NCBI GenBank assembly: GCA_051294905.1
Contig: CM119372.1
Span: 28,274,001 to 28,338,000 of the forward strand
Length of the DNA: 64,000 nt
Origin: Botryllus schlosseri
Taxonomy: Eukaryota
Direction of reading: 5' to 3'
A model generated the notes under the pieces. The model saw only the letters and a program-made list of their open reading frames with translations. It ran no database searches and had not been told where the DNA came from. Positions 49,991-63,109 of the stretch are shown piece after piece; the stretch's first letter is position 1; each line of letters starts with the position of its first letter. The translations under genes and the position numbers were made by a program.

Positions 49991-51207
49991 TCATCGTATT
50001 GGTGGTGATTCCGGTCTGTTCGTATTCCTGAGATATTTCAAACCATTTTTATTGTAAATTTGTTTTATAGTTGGGTACCTGTGTCTACCGATTCAGTCGC
50101 ATTCTTGATCAGATATCCCTTTAACCTGTCACAAAAAGCTATTGTAAAATCTGGCAAGTTGTTTTTGGAATTCTGGTAAAAATTCTAAACTGAAAAATAT
50201 CATGATGTCCGCGCTGTTTTTTGTGTTTTACCTGAACATATATAATTCCCGAGAATTCTATTAGAATCACAGTGGTTTCTGAAATGACCTTATATTTGCA
50301 TCCATAGATCATGATAAAATAACAACAGGGTGTAAATAAGCATTATGACGTCATCGCGTGAAATAATGAAGACGAATTTACTTATTCATTCATGTGATTA
50401 AGTGTGTTTCATTATAGAGATTGTACAATCGCTATAGTTTCACACTTTTTCACTTCTCACACATTTTACGAAAACGTAACGTAGCGGCACTGGTGTAATT
50501 ATTTTTATAACCCCGTTACAAAAACACCAGACATTTAAAAATGACCCTCTCGCAGTATTCCAGATTGTTTAGCACACAAGCAACTATTATTTCTGGTAGT
50601 TTGGTATAACGTGTGCATCGTCCAAAAACGAACTTTCTGTCACGTATATTTCGTAGCACCGGGTCAGATATTGATGATAATGCCGGATACCGGTATTTCA
50701 AGCGAAGCGGAACGATTGTCAAGGCAACCAGTAAAGTATGACGAGAAACAGCAGCAAACGATTGCTGTTGAAATTGACTGTACTAATAAATCACATGTAT
50801 AAATTCAATAACTCACTGCAGTAGGAGCTATTTGAAGTTCTAAATGACATAATTTAGTGGGAAGTAGGTTTCCCAACAGTATCCATTGCAATCGTGGTCG
50901 AGGAAAGAGGTAAATCGCCATTGGCTTAAAGGTTTCAGGGTTTCAACGCTTCAGAGTGATCGATACGGTTACCGTTGCGTTTTGCGGACGTAAAGACGTA
51001 GCTTCCTTTAAGCTCATAAATACATCTTTAATTCCGAAACAGTATTGTTGCATTACCAAATATGCCTATCAATTCACATACGGTATGCATCCGTAAAAAC
51101 CAACCGGATAAACTGTTGAATGTTCAATATTAATAGCTATCTCAACTATTATAACTGCAGTATTTATATTGGAATTTAGTGAGTTGTTTATTAAGATACT
51201 TTACATT

Positions 51208-54200
51208 ATGACGGAGGCTACAGAGACTAAAAAAGAAGAAGCTCATGACTACCGACGGTTACACAGTTATCCGCTGATTCGGGTAAGATGTTATGTTAAT
51301 TAATAATTTATCATACATTATATCTTGGACCGTTGCCACAACCTCTAATAAAGAATAATATATCCAAATTATAATTGAAAGATTCTAAATTAATGTTAAA
51401 TTTATGTTTTGTTGTATTCATATTTTTTCATCCTAACCCCACACTATTAATATCCAACTGTTTTTATTTTTTGTAGGCCTCAGTTAGCTCAGTATATGTT
51501 GAAGATTCTGTCGCTAAGTAGGGCGGTTACATGATAGTATGGGCTCATGCTTCATAACTCACACACAAATGGCACATTTACCTGCAAAATTTGAAGCCAT
51601 TTTTATCTTACGGCCTATCCGTCGTTTGGCTTACCAAACGTCTCACTCGTAAGTCATATTGGTAAAAGGTGTGCAAATGAATGCAATTTCACAAGGGAAA
51701 ATTTGCTGAGCTAAGTCTAATTTGCAAATGAAGGAAGTTATCTTGTCTTAGTTAAGTCCAACTGCACTATCAGCACTTTCGTCAAGGTGTTTCGACTGAT
51801 ATAATTCAAGGTTCCAGTTGAACCACTTGTATCCAAATCCTCCTATCATAATTTTTTGATTAATTGCCATCCTTGCGCTCGGATAGAAAAACTATAGTGA
51901 AAAGTGGTCAGTAATAACGCAATTCTTCTTTTTTGGAGTAGGCCTACTCAAGGACGGTTTGTAGACTACTGCTAATTAGTTAATTGATGATCTTTTTAGA
52001 CTAATTTCACTTCAACTGTTTCCTACGTCACGCTACTCTTTCAAATTTTGTCAAATAGGAAGTTCTGTTTTGATAGATTTCCATCAATCTTGTAGGTGAA
52101 ATTGTCCCATCAACTGTTTCATATGGCCTCTACATCACAGTAACTGAATATAATTTTCAGCACTCCTTTTAATTTAGAAGTAATTAGCTAATTAGATAAT
52201 GCATATGTTGCAATTTTTTGAATGAGTAGAAATTTACAGTAGCATATCGCTTCTACTTGTTCTCAAGTATCATAGTGACCAAATGGACCACCTCAGCATT
52301 TTTTATATATTTCAAAACAATGCCCTACTTTGCCGTAAGCTAAGGTCCAACTGCGTATCAAACTTTTGTGTAGCTAATCACATATAGTAGGCCTTAATAT
52401 ATATGGTAAGTATTGAAGGTGGTGACCTAACGATTATATTCTATGGCAGCATACAGATATGCCGGAAGAAATGAGAGTTGAAGCCATGGAGCTTTGTGTG
52501 ACCGCCTGTGAAAAATTCGCCACAAACAATGAAGTAAGTTAAGCCATTGTACATACTCTTCGATATCATAAGCTTCAAACTAGGTATTGCAAATTTATTT
52601 TATCCAAGTACAACAATACATGACACCATCATAGTGATGTATTTTGAATAAATGCAATTGTTGTTTTGGTTCATTTTATATGTTATAATAAAACAACACT
52701 GTACAGGCCTACTTGGGTCAAATTGTTTTATTCTGAACATAAGGCTGCCAACAACAGAAGCCGTCCTTCATTAGTGTTGCACTCTTTTATTTTCGTTTCC
52801 TGACTTGCCGTCTTCTCCTACTTGACTGAAGGAGGAAATTGATTATTAATATTACCGGGTACTTCTAAATATGCTTGGGTGACTCTGGTCGGAAGAGTTT
52901 GGCCATATTGGTTCTCCCAGTCTATACCATGTAATTTATATATGTTTGTCAATTATAATAATTTCTTATCTTAGGACTTGAATGGTTGTGAATATGGCCT
53001 ACTCTATTTCATGGTTGACGTAATAAAAGAATTCTCTCTCTCTCTCTCACCATTATACAACTGCCAGTAGTGAAGGTTTCAGACACTAGAAAAGAAATAA
53101 TTTCCAAACAATGCGGCTATCATACTTTGTGCTATATCGACTAGAGTACCATTCCTTCAGATCATTAGTGATTAGTTGTATGATGAGGCTGTGAACTCGA
53201 ACCAGAGTAGATCGTTCTTTTCAAATGCCGGTACATATGCAAATCCATACCCACTTGATATGTAAGAAAATTGTGTTGGGAACCTGGATTGAATCAAACA
53301 CGATCTATCAGGTTTTGAAATCCTATCTGTTATGAATCAGAAATTTTATGTTCAAATCTGTTTCAGAAAATTCATGAATCCAAATTCAGTCCAAAATCTG
53401 TTTTTCCTAACCCTAACCCAAATCCATGCTTATTTTTTGCTCCTGTTAGATTTTTGAGATGCTGGATAGGTGTTGGCAGCTATTTTTGATCCAATGTGTC
53501 TGAAACCTTCACTACTTGTAGTTGATTAATGGTGAGAGAGAATTCTTTTCTTACGTCACCTGGTGACCTGTGGTGTACCCCAAGGCTCAGTACTTGGACC
53601 GGTATATCAATATTACAGCAACTAGTTAATATCCATAACGGTCAGAATAATTATTTTTGTGACAGCATAAGCAGATCTTTGACAGACCAAGACAGTGAGG
53701 TATCCAGGGTTAGAGGCTCGCATCCCTCTTTTCAAAATCCTTAAATGTATGTTGATGTCGCGCCGACGACTAACATCACTCGCGAATTCGATGTATACGA
53801 TATCGCGCGCCTTGAAATCTTGGATTGATTGATCAAAGATAATACCGGACATGGCGACGCTTGTGTGACAATTAAGCTTTCAAATACACATTTTCTTCCT
53901 GATCCACGCCTAGGAAAGAACTGCATTGGAAGTGACATTCCCAATTCGAAATTCAAATTAACAACAACTCCATAGCTATCCATGTAGCTTTCTAATACCG
54001 CTGTTAAAATGTAGGTGTGTAGCGTAAATAGCCGAATACTGATCAAGTCGATCAATATTTACATACCGTGTTCGGATTCAGTGCGACTATTACATTTAAT
54101 TAATATCGGTGAATATATTTACGATGAGTTGCGCTATCACAAGTGAAGCTTGGCCCTTCTGTGTCTCACCTATGCCTTGCCTCTCATGTCGCGCTTTATT

Positions 54201-57200
54201 TCGAACAAAATTTGAAAATGGGAGTAAAAAAATTCAAAATCTAGTCATTTATAAACATCCATAGAAAATCCCAATAATCATTGGTTTCAAGGTATGTAGC
54301 CTACTGCTGTAGAGACAATGTTTGGCTCCATCTACTCATGTGAGCAGAGGAAATATGGCGCGACGAATCCCATGGAGTAGTGTTGTGACGTAACCGTTGA
54401 CATTTATGGCTCTTTGTGAGTTATGATTGGAAATATTGGGTCAATATGGCTCTTTGGTCGAAAAAGGTTCCCGACCACTGGCCTAGGCCAAGGTGGGTGT
54501 CTGATGCCATAGACCACTCCAAGTCGCTTCGACACCTTCCTGTCTTTTCATTGTATCACATTTTTGTGGTGTATGGAACTGATAAAATTGCTAATAAACC
54601 AATGATGATGACGATAATGATGATGATGTTCTTCATTCTGCTTCACAGAAGCACTGATAGCAAATTTTGAGCCAGTTTGTTTTTCTTCATTGCTGTTGGT
54701 TTCTTATGCAAAATAGCAGTTGTTTTCTGTATTTGAATTTCAAAGTCGGAATCCTGAATTTAGTCGAATCATGCAGACATCCAGTATTCAAAAGTCGCAC
54801 AAAAATTGCGAATTGATATAAATTCCATGTTCAAGTTCAAATTAAGCACCAAAGATTCTTAAAGCTAAATCCGGCCTCCGAATCCTAATACCAGTACTTG
54901 TAGGTAGGCAGAAGTGGTCAAAGTAATAGTAATTGGCGTTCCTACTAAATTAGCAGTAGAGGGAGGTGTCTATCCTGCACCAGTGAAAGTAGAAAATGAA
55001 AGGTTCAAAACAGGGTTGTAATGACTCGAGTCGCGATTTTTCGGACTCGACTTGACTCAAGTCATTTTTTCAAATGCATAAAAGAATTCGACTCGAGTCA
55101 ATTTTTATATTGACTCGACCTGTACTCGAGTCATTGTGCATGACTCGGACCAAGTCACATGACTCGAGACGAGGACGGCCTTGGAAGGCATACATTTCAT
55201 TTTAACTTCGAAGAATAGTAAAGTCACCCCATTATTGGTATTTCGTCCATCAGTCCTGATGCTTGGAAAATAGGACCAGAAACTGTTAAGACTGAAAATT
55301 GCGATGTTATGAATTCAAGCATATTCTATATCACTCGAGCAGAGTTGAAAAATTGGGTTGAACCGGCTTGAACTGAAAACTGAACAATGACTTGGACTTG
55401 GACTCGGTTCAAAACACTATGACTCGGACTCGACCCTCTAATACAGCGGTTCTCAACCTTTTTGGACATGCGCCCCTTTGGTGATGGTCAAAAAAATTGC
55501 GCCCCCCTGACCCCCTGCACTTATCGTCATGTCAAAAAGAGCACATCATCTAACACAGAGGTAGGCAACCTTTTTGCTAATCAGGCCGCATTTCGATTAC
55601 TTACGTAGCCTAAGGCCGCATTCCAGGGCATAACCGTAATGAACTAAGTGGACGCAAAATACCTATGTTAATCTGTCCATATCCATTCCCGGTGAACTCC
55701 GGACTATTCTACTTTTCATTCTATTGTAAGCACTGAAATCGCGAGTGGCAATGTTATGATTAGTTGCTGGGATTGCATATTGTCGCGAAAATTTTTCAGA
55801 TTCACGAATGAATTCGGTAATTGCTAGTAGCAGTATCACATATTACTATAAAATATTTATCCTTTCTCAGCCCATGTTATAAAGGATAATGCATCTTTGT
55901 TGTTCTTGCTATGATGCATATTTTTGCTGGGCACACTGTGTACACTAGGGCTCTTCTAAAATGACTTTTTTTCTCAAATCGTACTGGCTACTTGATAAAA
56001 TTGTTAGGTTACCTAATTCAAGCCTACACACAAAATTTGGTTCAATTCCAGCCAGTGACCGCTTTGCTACAGGAGAAGTAAGTTTCTATTTATTATATAA
56101 AAATAAGTAATAAAAAATTTGAAAATTTTCTGTTCACCCCATGAAAGTGTTAGGCTGTCTATAGAAACGATGTTCACCAAATTTGATTCAATTCCAACCA
56201 GTGGAAGCGGACTTATTGCCGTTGAAAAATTTGGATTTGAATAAAATAGTATTTACGGTGAGCACAACTATAATAAATGAACAAAGAATCGGTCACCGTA
56301 AATACTATTTTATTAAAATCCAAATTTTTTGACGGCAATAACTCCGCTTCCACTGGTTGGAATTGAACCAAATTTGGTGAGCATCGTTTCTATAGACAGC
56401 CTAACACTTTCATGGGGTGAACAGAAAATTTTCAAATTTTTTGTTATTTATTTTTATATAATAAATAGAAACTTTATTCTCCTGTAGCAAAGTGGTTACT
56501 GGCTGGAATTGAACCAAATTTTGTGTGTAGGCTTAAATTAGGTAACCTAACAATTTCATCAAGTATCCAGTACGATTTGAGAAAAAAAAGTCATTTTTGA
56601 AGAACCCTAGTATACACTGTATATTGTATACCGGTACTATGCTTGGATGTTTACTGCTGATTTTCCATGATTTTTATCTTTTGTTATTTTTATGACCACT
56701 GGTTAACCGCCATAATCGTTAGTATTGATAGACTTACATCGTGCCATATTTACTCATTTATAACTCCGCTGGGTGGCGACTAAATCTAAGACCTTCCGGT
56801 CCCCCGTCGTCTCCCAATCCATACCAATTTACATGTTGTGTTTGTTGGTGAGATGAATAAAAGCATACTGACTGACTGGGCGCAGGCGCCGACTTTTATT
56901 TTTTTTCGAGGTGGCGAATTCTTGTGACGTCATAATTGTTCCATATCGATGACGTAATCGTCGCACGAAAACGCACTTTACTGCATGCCGCCGGTGTACG
57001 TGCAGAGTTGAACCATTCGCGTGACGTTTTAATATCGGCCCTGCACTCATTAATATCAAACCATGCGTTCGAGTTATTAAATGGATCTTAAAACGGTACG
57101 ATCATTTGAAGTGTAACTGCGGCCTGCGCTACCAGTCCGTCCGACGGAATCTGCAGTTGCATCCCTTGCATCAATGTTATTCACGCGCAATGCCCCGCGT

Positions 57201-60200
57201 GAGTAACGAAATACACTACGCACTGGCCTTGCAAGTAACACATGACAACTCTCGAAAACTTCCAGCAGACAATAATGATGATTACAAACGCGAAATCGCG
57301 CAGCCAATTAGTAATTGCCTCTTGCGGTTTCTTGCTTCGCGTTGACCAACTCGATTCGCGGCAATTGTTTGATGATTGAAACATTGGTGCATTTCCCGAT
57401 TTAAGTTCGCGAAGCGTTTCTGGAGTACATCGGTCTATTCGTAAATTCAATCTGCATGTCGACGGCCGCCAACGCATACTAATTGAATTACGTGTTGTGT
57501 TGACGGCCGCACAAATTTCCTTCTACGGCCGCGGGTTGGCCACCCCTGGGCTAGAATTAATTCCACTTCCGGCCGCATGCCGCGATCTTACCAATAGAAA
57601 CCCACTGTCTATTTAATGCCTAATAGTTTAATATTCGATAATGTTGTTCTGGATACGAGTACATCCAGCAATGAAGTTTATCGGAATGTAGAAGGTTCCC
57701 TGTTCAAACGAATCGAATAAAATCAGAATTTTTGCCACCCATATTCTCGTGATGCATCACGTTAATAATGAAAGGAACACTGAAATATGACTTCGTGCGA
57801 TAATTTCAGAGTACGAATGTATCAAGTTGATAACAAGAAATATGGATGATGGCAAATGAGAAAGCGTGTATTCTAATCAGTATCGCCACGAATCGGTTTT
57901 GAGCGTGACACCGTATTGAGTAGCTTTCGTGGCGACAATTGTTTTCTCATTATATCGGTGTTTTCTCCTTATATCGGTGTTTAAGCTGTCTTGCTGCATT
58001 TCCCGATTAATGCCACTGGCAAAGCCTTGTTATAGAAACGAATCTGCGCAGAAATGAATTCCAATTTGCAGGCACACACCAACACACCCTCCAATTTCGC
58101 GCTCCGATTTCCTATCACGAAGCTAGCTAGCTCATGAATGGTTTTGTAAACGAATATGGGCGCACATAATTTAGATTTCAGAAAAGCAGAACGTACATTT
58201 GGGCGTCTGGTCGGGAGAGGAGATCTAGGATGGTGCTTTTCAGCACACGCTAGGCGCGTAGCCAGTAGAAAAATTAGGGGAATTTGGAGTTTTTTTTCAA
58301 ATTTACCAATATAGCATCAATTCAATTCGGGTCAAGTACATGTGTAAATGGCGGTCATATAATCTCTTCGTATCGACGATTTTAATCGTATGATGAGCTT
58401 GCCAAAGAGCGCGGGAGTGCTGTCAATTAGCGAGTTCCTGATCTCTGGTGAACAATTAAATAGGCGCGCGTATTACGCAGTCTCGGCTGTATACAGTTTT
58501 CGCAAATCAAAATGTCCGAACTTGATGGCACCGATTTCAAACCTTTGTCGTATTTCAGAACTCGAGACATGATACACATCTTCTGATCGTAACGTTCAAG
58601 TATTAGCGGGAATCAATTTCGTACGTTAAAGTCTGTTTGCAGCGATTCGATGTTAGCCTATTCAGTTTCGTGATGTCGTTTATTAATCAATATGACATAG
58701 AACAATCACTACCGTAATTAGCGTAAACTCGACCGCATCGTCGCCAAACCAGCGAAAGATAGGAGCCAAGGCATGCTAGGCCCGAGACGCGATGGTCAGG
58801 CCATAGGCCAGCAATGATCTCTTTCACTCCAGGCCTATTGCAGATGCTATTGTGTGAGCCAGCGATGATATCGTGCACACCAGGCCGAAGTCGCCAATGC
58901 AGATGCGATTGCGCAGTTAAGCGATGATATAGTGTGGACTGGGCCTATTGCAGATGCGATTGTTGAAGCCTGCGGAACCAGGCTTGATCGAGACGCGATA
59001 AATCAGGCTAGCGACGATTGCCACACGCACGGGAATGAATGGCCTAATTCCGCGACCATCTCAGCGGCAGATAATCACAGATTCTTCTCGCTAATTGACG
59101 ACACGTTTCTCGCAAACCCGCCGCGCGGAACACTGATTACACAATTATTGAATTGCAACCGAATATTAGAGTTAGAATGATCATTTCAAAATGACGGGGT
59201 TTCGCGTTTCGAATAGAGAAGTTCGAACCCCGAAACCCCCGTGGCTACGCGCCTGGCACACGCGCGTATCGAAATCGAGGACGTCTCTAACGAGGTCGCA
59301 TCGATTCGCCTGATTACTAATTACTGGCCACAAATCACTTGGGCGTTTGAGCGTTTTGTACGAGGTGGCCGCCACCTCGTAAATATGGGCCAATTGTTAT
59401 TAGTCACTTTGTTGCATGCTGTTATTTCTTGACCCGCCCCCCCCCCCCCCATCATCAGGATTGTCGATTGTATCGGCAGTGGAAATAGTGGAAATATAAT
59501 GAAATCGCCCAAAAGTACCACAAACAAATTTCTTTCGTGAGGAGCACACGATTCCGGCTCAGATTGAATAGGGTGCTACTATATTAAAATCGAAAAATGA
59601 AGTTATGTTGAATTGCGCGGAGCGCGAAGAAAATTTCAAGATTAATTAAAATCTCTCAAAAATTTGGGAGTGAATTTGTAATTTCAATTTGCAAGTCGAC
59701 GGCCGCCAGCACATACTAATTGAATTGGGTGTTGGCGGCCGCACAAAGTCCCGTCTACAGGTTGCCACAGGTCGCCCATACTTGAACTAATAGTATACAT
59801 ATATATGGTATGTCTTACACCAAGTTTAAATCCGCATTCCAATCGTTGAGTCTTTAACATTTCCGACAAATTTCCCCAAACTTGTTTGAAAATAGCAAAA
59901 AAACATTGAACAGGACATCAATTTATTTCAAGGTAGGTTGCGATGAGACTAATCCCAATGCTGGTAGTGACTACAGAAAGCACGGCGTCGTTCTGCACTG
60001 CCATGCTAAATGTGATCAGTTTTCGAGTTGAATTAAATTATGTTGATTTAGGGTAGCGTAATTGAGGGCGAAACCGGGCAACCTATATTGCATCCAAGTC
60101 TGTCTTAGGCAGGGCAGTTTGCCAGCTATTAACAACAGCTACCCAGCACACCGAGCTTTAGGCTACTGCCAAAGCTATATGAATTAATGAATGACTTACA

Positions 60201-61073
60201 CGTGGGAATTGCTCTAAATCTTCAAATAATATCAAAATTTTGCTCAAATGAAGTTTAAATCAGCGTATACTCCATTGAGCGTGACTGCTAGAGTTTGGTC
60301 GCGTAGTTTTAGTAGTTAATCGGCGGTGTCTACTTTCAATGTTGAAAGATATATTTAAAGCGACTTATGTAAAATGACTATTGACGCTACGAATACGAAC
60401 AATATTCGAAAATATGTTCAGTTACGGTGATAGGAGGGCTGTTTCACGCGGTTCTTTAACTCAAAAAGTGATCCAAACGTATCCAAAAATTACTTATTTC
60501 AAAGTCAAATGTATGAAACGAAAGTAGTTTTGCCTAAGCAACTGTGTAGGTGGAAGTGGAAATGGTTTAATTACGTACCCACTTGGGTAAGTAATGCAGG
60601 TATACAAAGCTACTTGAGCACCCTGAAAAAGTAGAAGTACTGCGTTACTGACCACCTCTGAGTACAAATCCATCCTCAATTTCTTATAAAATATAATCCT
60701 ATTGCTTATTTGAGTTTAACATTCAAAGTCGATTCCAGAATTCATCTCTTGTCATGCCCTAATCCACTAATAAGGACACGGAATTATCTAGAAGTCACAT
60801 TCCATGACCAAATCCAAGACCGGCTTCTCGAAATTCCAATATCTGGCCAAGCTTACGTAACCCTGATTTTCCGATCCAAATCCAAAACGCATGCTGATCT
60901 CTGTTCAGAACGCTGCAAAGATGATCAAAGAGAACATGGATAAGAAGTTTGGCTCGTCGTGGCACGCCATCGTCGGCGAAGGCTATGGCTTCGAGATCAC
61001 TCACGAAATGAAGAATATATTGTATATGTTTTTTGGAGGCGCCACCGCAATCACGATTTGGAAGTGTTCCTGA
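51208..61073 (+). CDS. DNAL4: Dynein axonemal light chain 4; join(51208-51282,52450-52533,60909-61073), 107 aa
   Basis: MTEATETKKEEAHDYRRLHSYPLIR|HTDMPEEMRVEAMELCVTACEKFATNNE|NAAKMIKENMDKKFGSSWHAIVGEGYGFEITHEMKNILYMFFGGATAITIWKCS-stop; both introns GT-AG, phase 0; closely matches DNAL4 as recalled. Confidence 0.95.
52450..52533 (+). CDS. DNAL4: DNAL4 coding exon 2
   Basis: GGCAG|CATACAGATATG..AATGAA|GTAAGT. Confidence 0.93.
53013..53559. mobile_element. Probable MITE with ~70-bp imperfect terminal inverted repeats
   Basis: TGACGTAATAAAAGAATTCTCTC..GTAGTGAAGGTTTCAGACA is mirrored at 53498-53559; TSD not resolved. Confidence 0.6.
55011..55440. mobile_element. GACTCGAGTC-rich MITE copy, interrupted at 55444 by a CAGCGGTTCTCAACC element
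   Basis: Starts CAGGGTTGTAATGACTCG and is colinear with 38990-39450 until the insertion. Confidence 0.78.
55556..57548. mobile_element. hAT-type element related to 3564-4769, with nested palindrome
   Basis: CAGAGGTAGGCAACC..GGTTGGCCACCCCTG; both end regions are homologous to 3564-4769. Confidence 0.75.
55946..56609. mobile_element. Near-perfect palindromic MITE (~315-bp arms, ~30-bp loop)
   Basis: TAGGGCTCTTCTAAAATGAC..GTCATTTTTGAAGAACCCTA; TSD GTGTACAC/GTATACAC; related fragments at ~8063-8345 and 15592-16666. Confidence 0.92.
60909..61073 (+). CDS. DNAL4: DNAL4 last coding exon
   Basis: GTTCAG acceptor; dynein light chain motif MDKKFGSSWHAIVG. Confidence 0.94.
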   Translation, partial: NAAKMIKENMDKKFGSSWHAIVGEGYGFEITHEMKNILYMFFGGATAITIWKCS

Positions 61074-61631
61074 TTCGCGAGATACCTGTTGCTTTTATTT
61101 GTAAAAAAATGTATATTTTCTACTCCGTAACTTGATAGATTTGAAGCGTGCATCTTCCGTATGGGACTAATAGGGCGAAAATAGTTGGATCAGGGCGGGA
61201 AGCAACGACCGCATGTCACTGAAGAAAGCTTATAAGAATTAAAAGAAGATTAGGTATGGGGAACCACTTTTCCACCTTACAGATGGAAGGGGATTACTAC
61301 TACGCGGTATGGTGAAGTGGAGAACCAGTAAAACGTATAAGATGACGACGATTACGATCAAGGGTTTAATACGATTTTCCCACCTTGCGGGTGAAAGTGA
61401 GTTTCATCACGCCATTTAAGGAGTAAAATCTTCCAGGACAATTAAATTTGTGTTGGTTTAGTCGGCGAACCGCGTGCCTTACAGAGGTGTAGGATCGCTG
61501 TGTGATTTGAGGATCCACGTAGGCTACGCGTCTTACTGGACATTGGACAGTGCACACGGAGACGCGACTAGGTGCTGGAGAACTCGATGTTGCATCCCAC
61601 AAGAGTAAATGAAGATCCTTTATGTTACTAT

Positions 61632-62932
61632 CAGTGTTGGGATCAAGTCACTACCTTCGAGTCACGAGTCATCTCGAGTCATTGCAGATTTTGACTCGAG
61701 TCAAGTCAAGTCACTCGATTTTCAAATGTGACTCGAGTCAAGTCAAGTCACCCGATTTTTGGAGGTGACTCGAGTCAAGTCAAGTTGAATTTTCAAAGTA
61801 CGATAAATGATTCAAGGTCATTGCATTTTGCTAACTGTTTTAAATACAGATGGAGTCCCCATTTATTCTGAATCGAGGAACGTAAAAAGAGTTGATTATA
61901 CACGCAAGAAGGCGCTCTATCGCTCATGGATACGTAGAACTCTCGAACTACGCAAGTATAGCGGTATACCCTCAGTCTATAACAGGGCTGGGAAAACTGC
62001 GACTCGTGAGCCGCATGCTGCTCTTTGAGTATTTGATTGCGGCTCTTCAATGAGTGTGCAATGTGCAATCGGTGATAATGAGCGTAAGCCACTGTGCCTT
62101 TTCCGTCAAGATTCACCCAATAATCCCAAAGCTAGAATTGAATCGTCATTACGAAACCAAACACCAAAACCTTAATTGCCAAGAGTTACACAAAAAAGAC
62201 ATATTTACGAAGTATTATGATTACCGAGCTCCGAACTGTTTGACGTCATATAAGTCCGATTTCAAACACCTTTCAGCCTAGGTGGAGACACATCGTCTGA
62301 TACCACACAATAATAGACTTCATTCGATACCCTACATTTCCTTGTGACGGAATAAATCAGTATATATAAATTTTTGTGTTGTGACTCTTTTACGGCAACG
62401 ATTTTTGATATGCGGCTTGCGCGTGAAGCAGCTCTGAAAACCCCTGATCTATAATTATCAGCCAAAATATAAGATAGAATATGAACTTATGAAGCATCAG
62501 GAATATCAATAAAATGATATGGAGCAATACCCTACCCGCATATATATCCATGATATGCAATTATAAACGTATGGACGATATTCGTTCGATTTAAAGCACG
62601 CAAGAGGGTTAGGTTGAGGTGAGCAAGTTTACGACAACGTAAGCTATAAGCTCCGGTCGCTGCGTTAACAATCAATTCATTAGTGGTGTAACAATGGAGG
62701 CTCGGTAAAACGCACAATCATTGAGTGACTGGTTAATAATCCGAACTTATACAAGATACGGCGATTTAGTCAACATCGATTAAGCTACTTGATGACTTGA
62801 AATTGACTCGTAAATTTTGCTTCGAGTCACGAGTCAATCTGCATTTTCGAAGCGTCGAGTCAAGTCAACTCAAGTCATTTTTGCAAAGTGACTCGAGTCA
62901 AGTCAAGTCATACGAAAAAGTTGTCTCGAGTC
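61632..62932. mobile_element. CAGTGTTGGGAT-family element, right terminus missing, with nested hAT derivative
   Basis: The first ~65 bp are nearly identical to 44936 onward; the 3' part matches ~46315-46430. Confidence 0.8.
61983..62446 (+). mobile_element. hAT (Buster/Charlie-like) deletion derivative
   Basis: CAGGG..CCCTG ends; TSD GTCTATAA/ATCTATAA; remnant LNRHYETKH resembles the N-terminal BED-finger motif of these transposases. Confidence 0.75.
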
Positions 62933-63109
62933 TGACGTTTATAAATATTTTTTGAAAAGACGGATATTCATGAAATGTCCACGATAGGTAGAGCTTGTAT
63001 CGAAGTGTTAGACAGCAAAAGATCTGCTATTCTCGGTTTAAGATTTGAGGGCCAGATATAATTTTGCAATTTTTGATCCATCGGTACCACATCTCCCCTA
63101 CATTATATC

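Larger units (their letters stand above)
41085..50276. mobile_element. 9.2-kb foldback-type DNA transposon with long inverted arms made of 205-bp tandem arrays
   Basis: Terminal 44 bp are perfect inverted repeats (ACCACTGTGATTCTAATAGAATTCTCGGGAATTATATATGTTCA), followed by ~260 bp of diverged inverted sequence and then opposed arrays. Perfect TSD TTCTGAAA at 41077-41084 and 50277-50284. Confidence 0.9.

Noticed and set aside
50345..50354. CRE-like palindrome ATGACGTCAT between the TERB1-like gene and DNAL4
   Set aside because: A single short motif with no supporting evidence; such motifs occur by chance.
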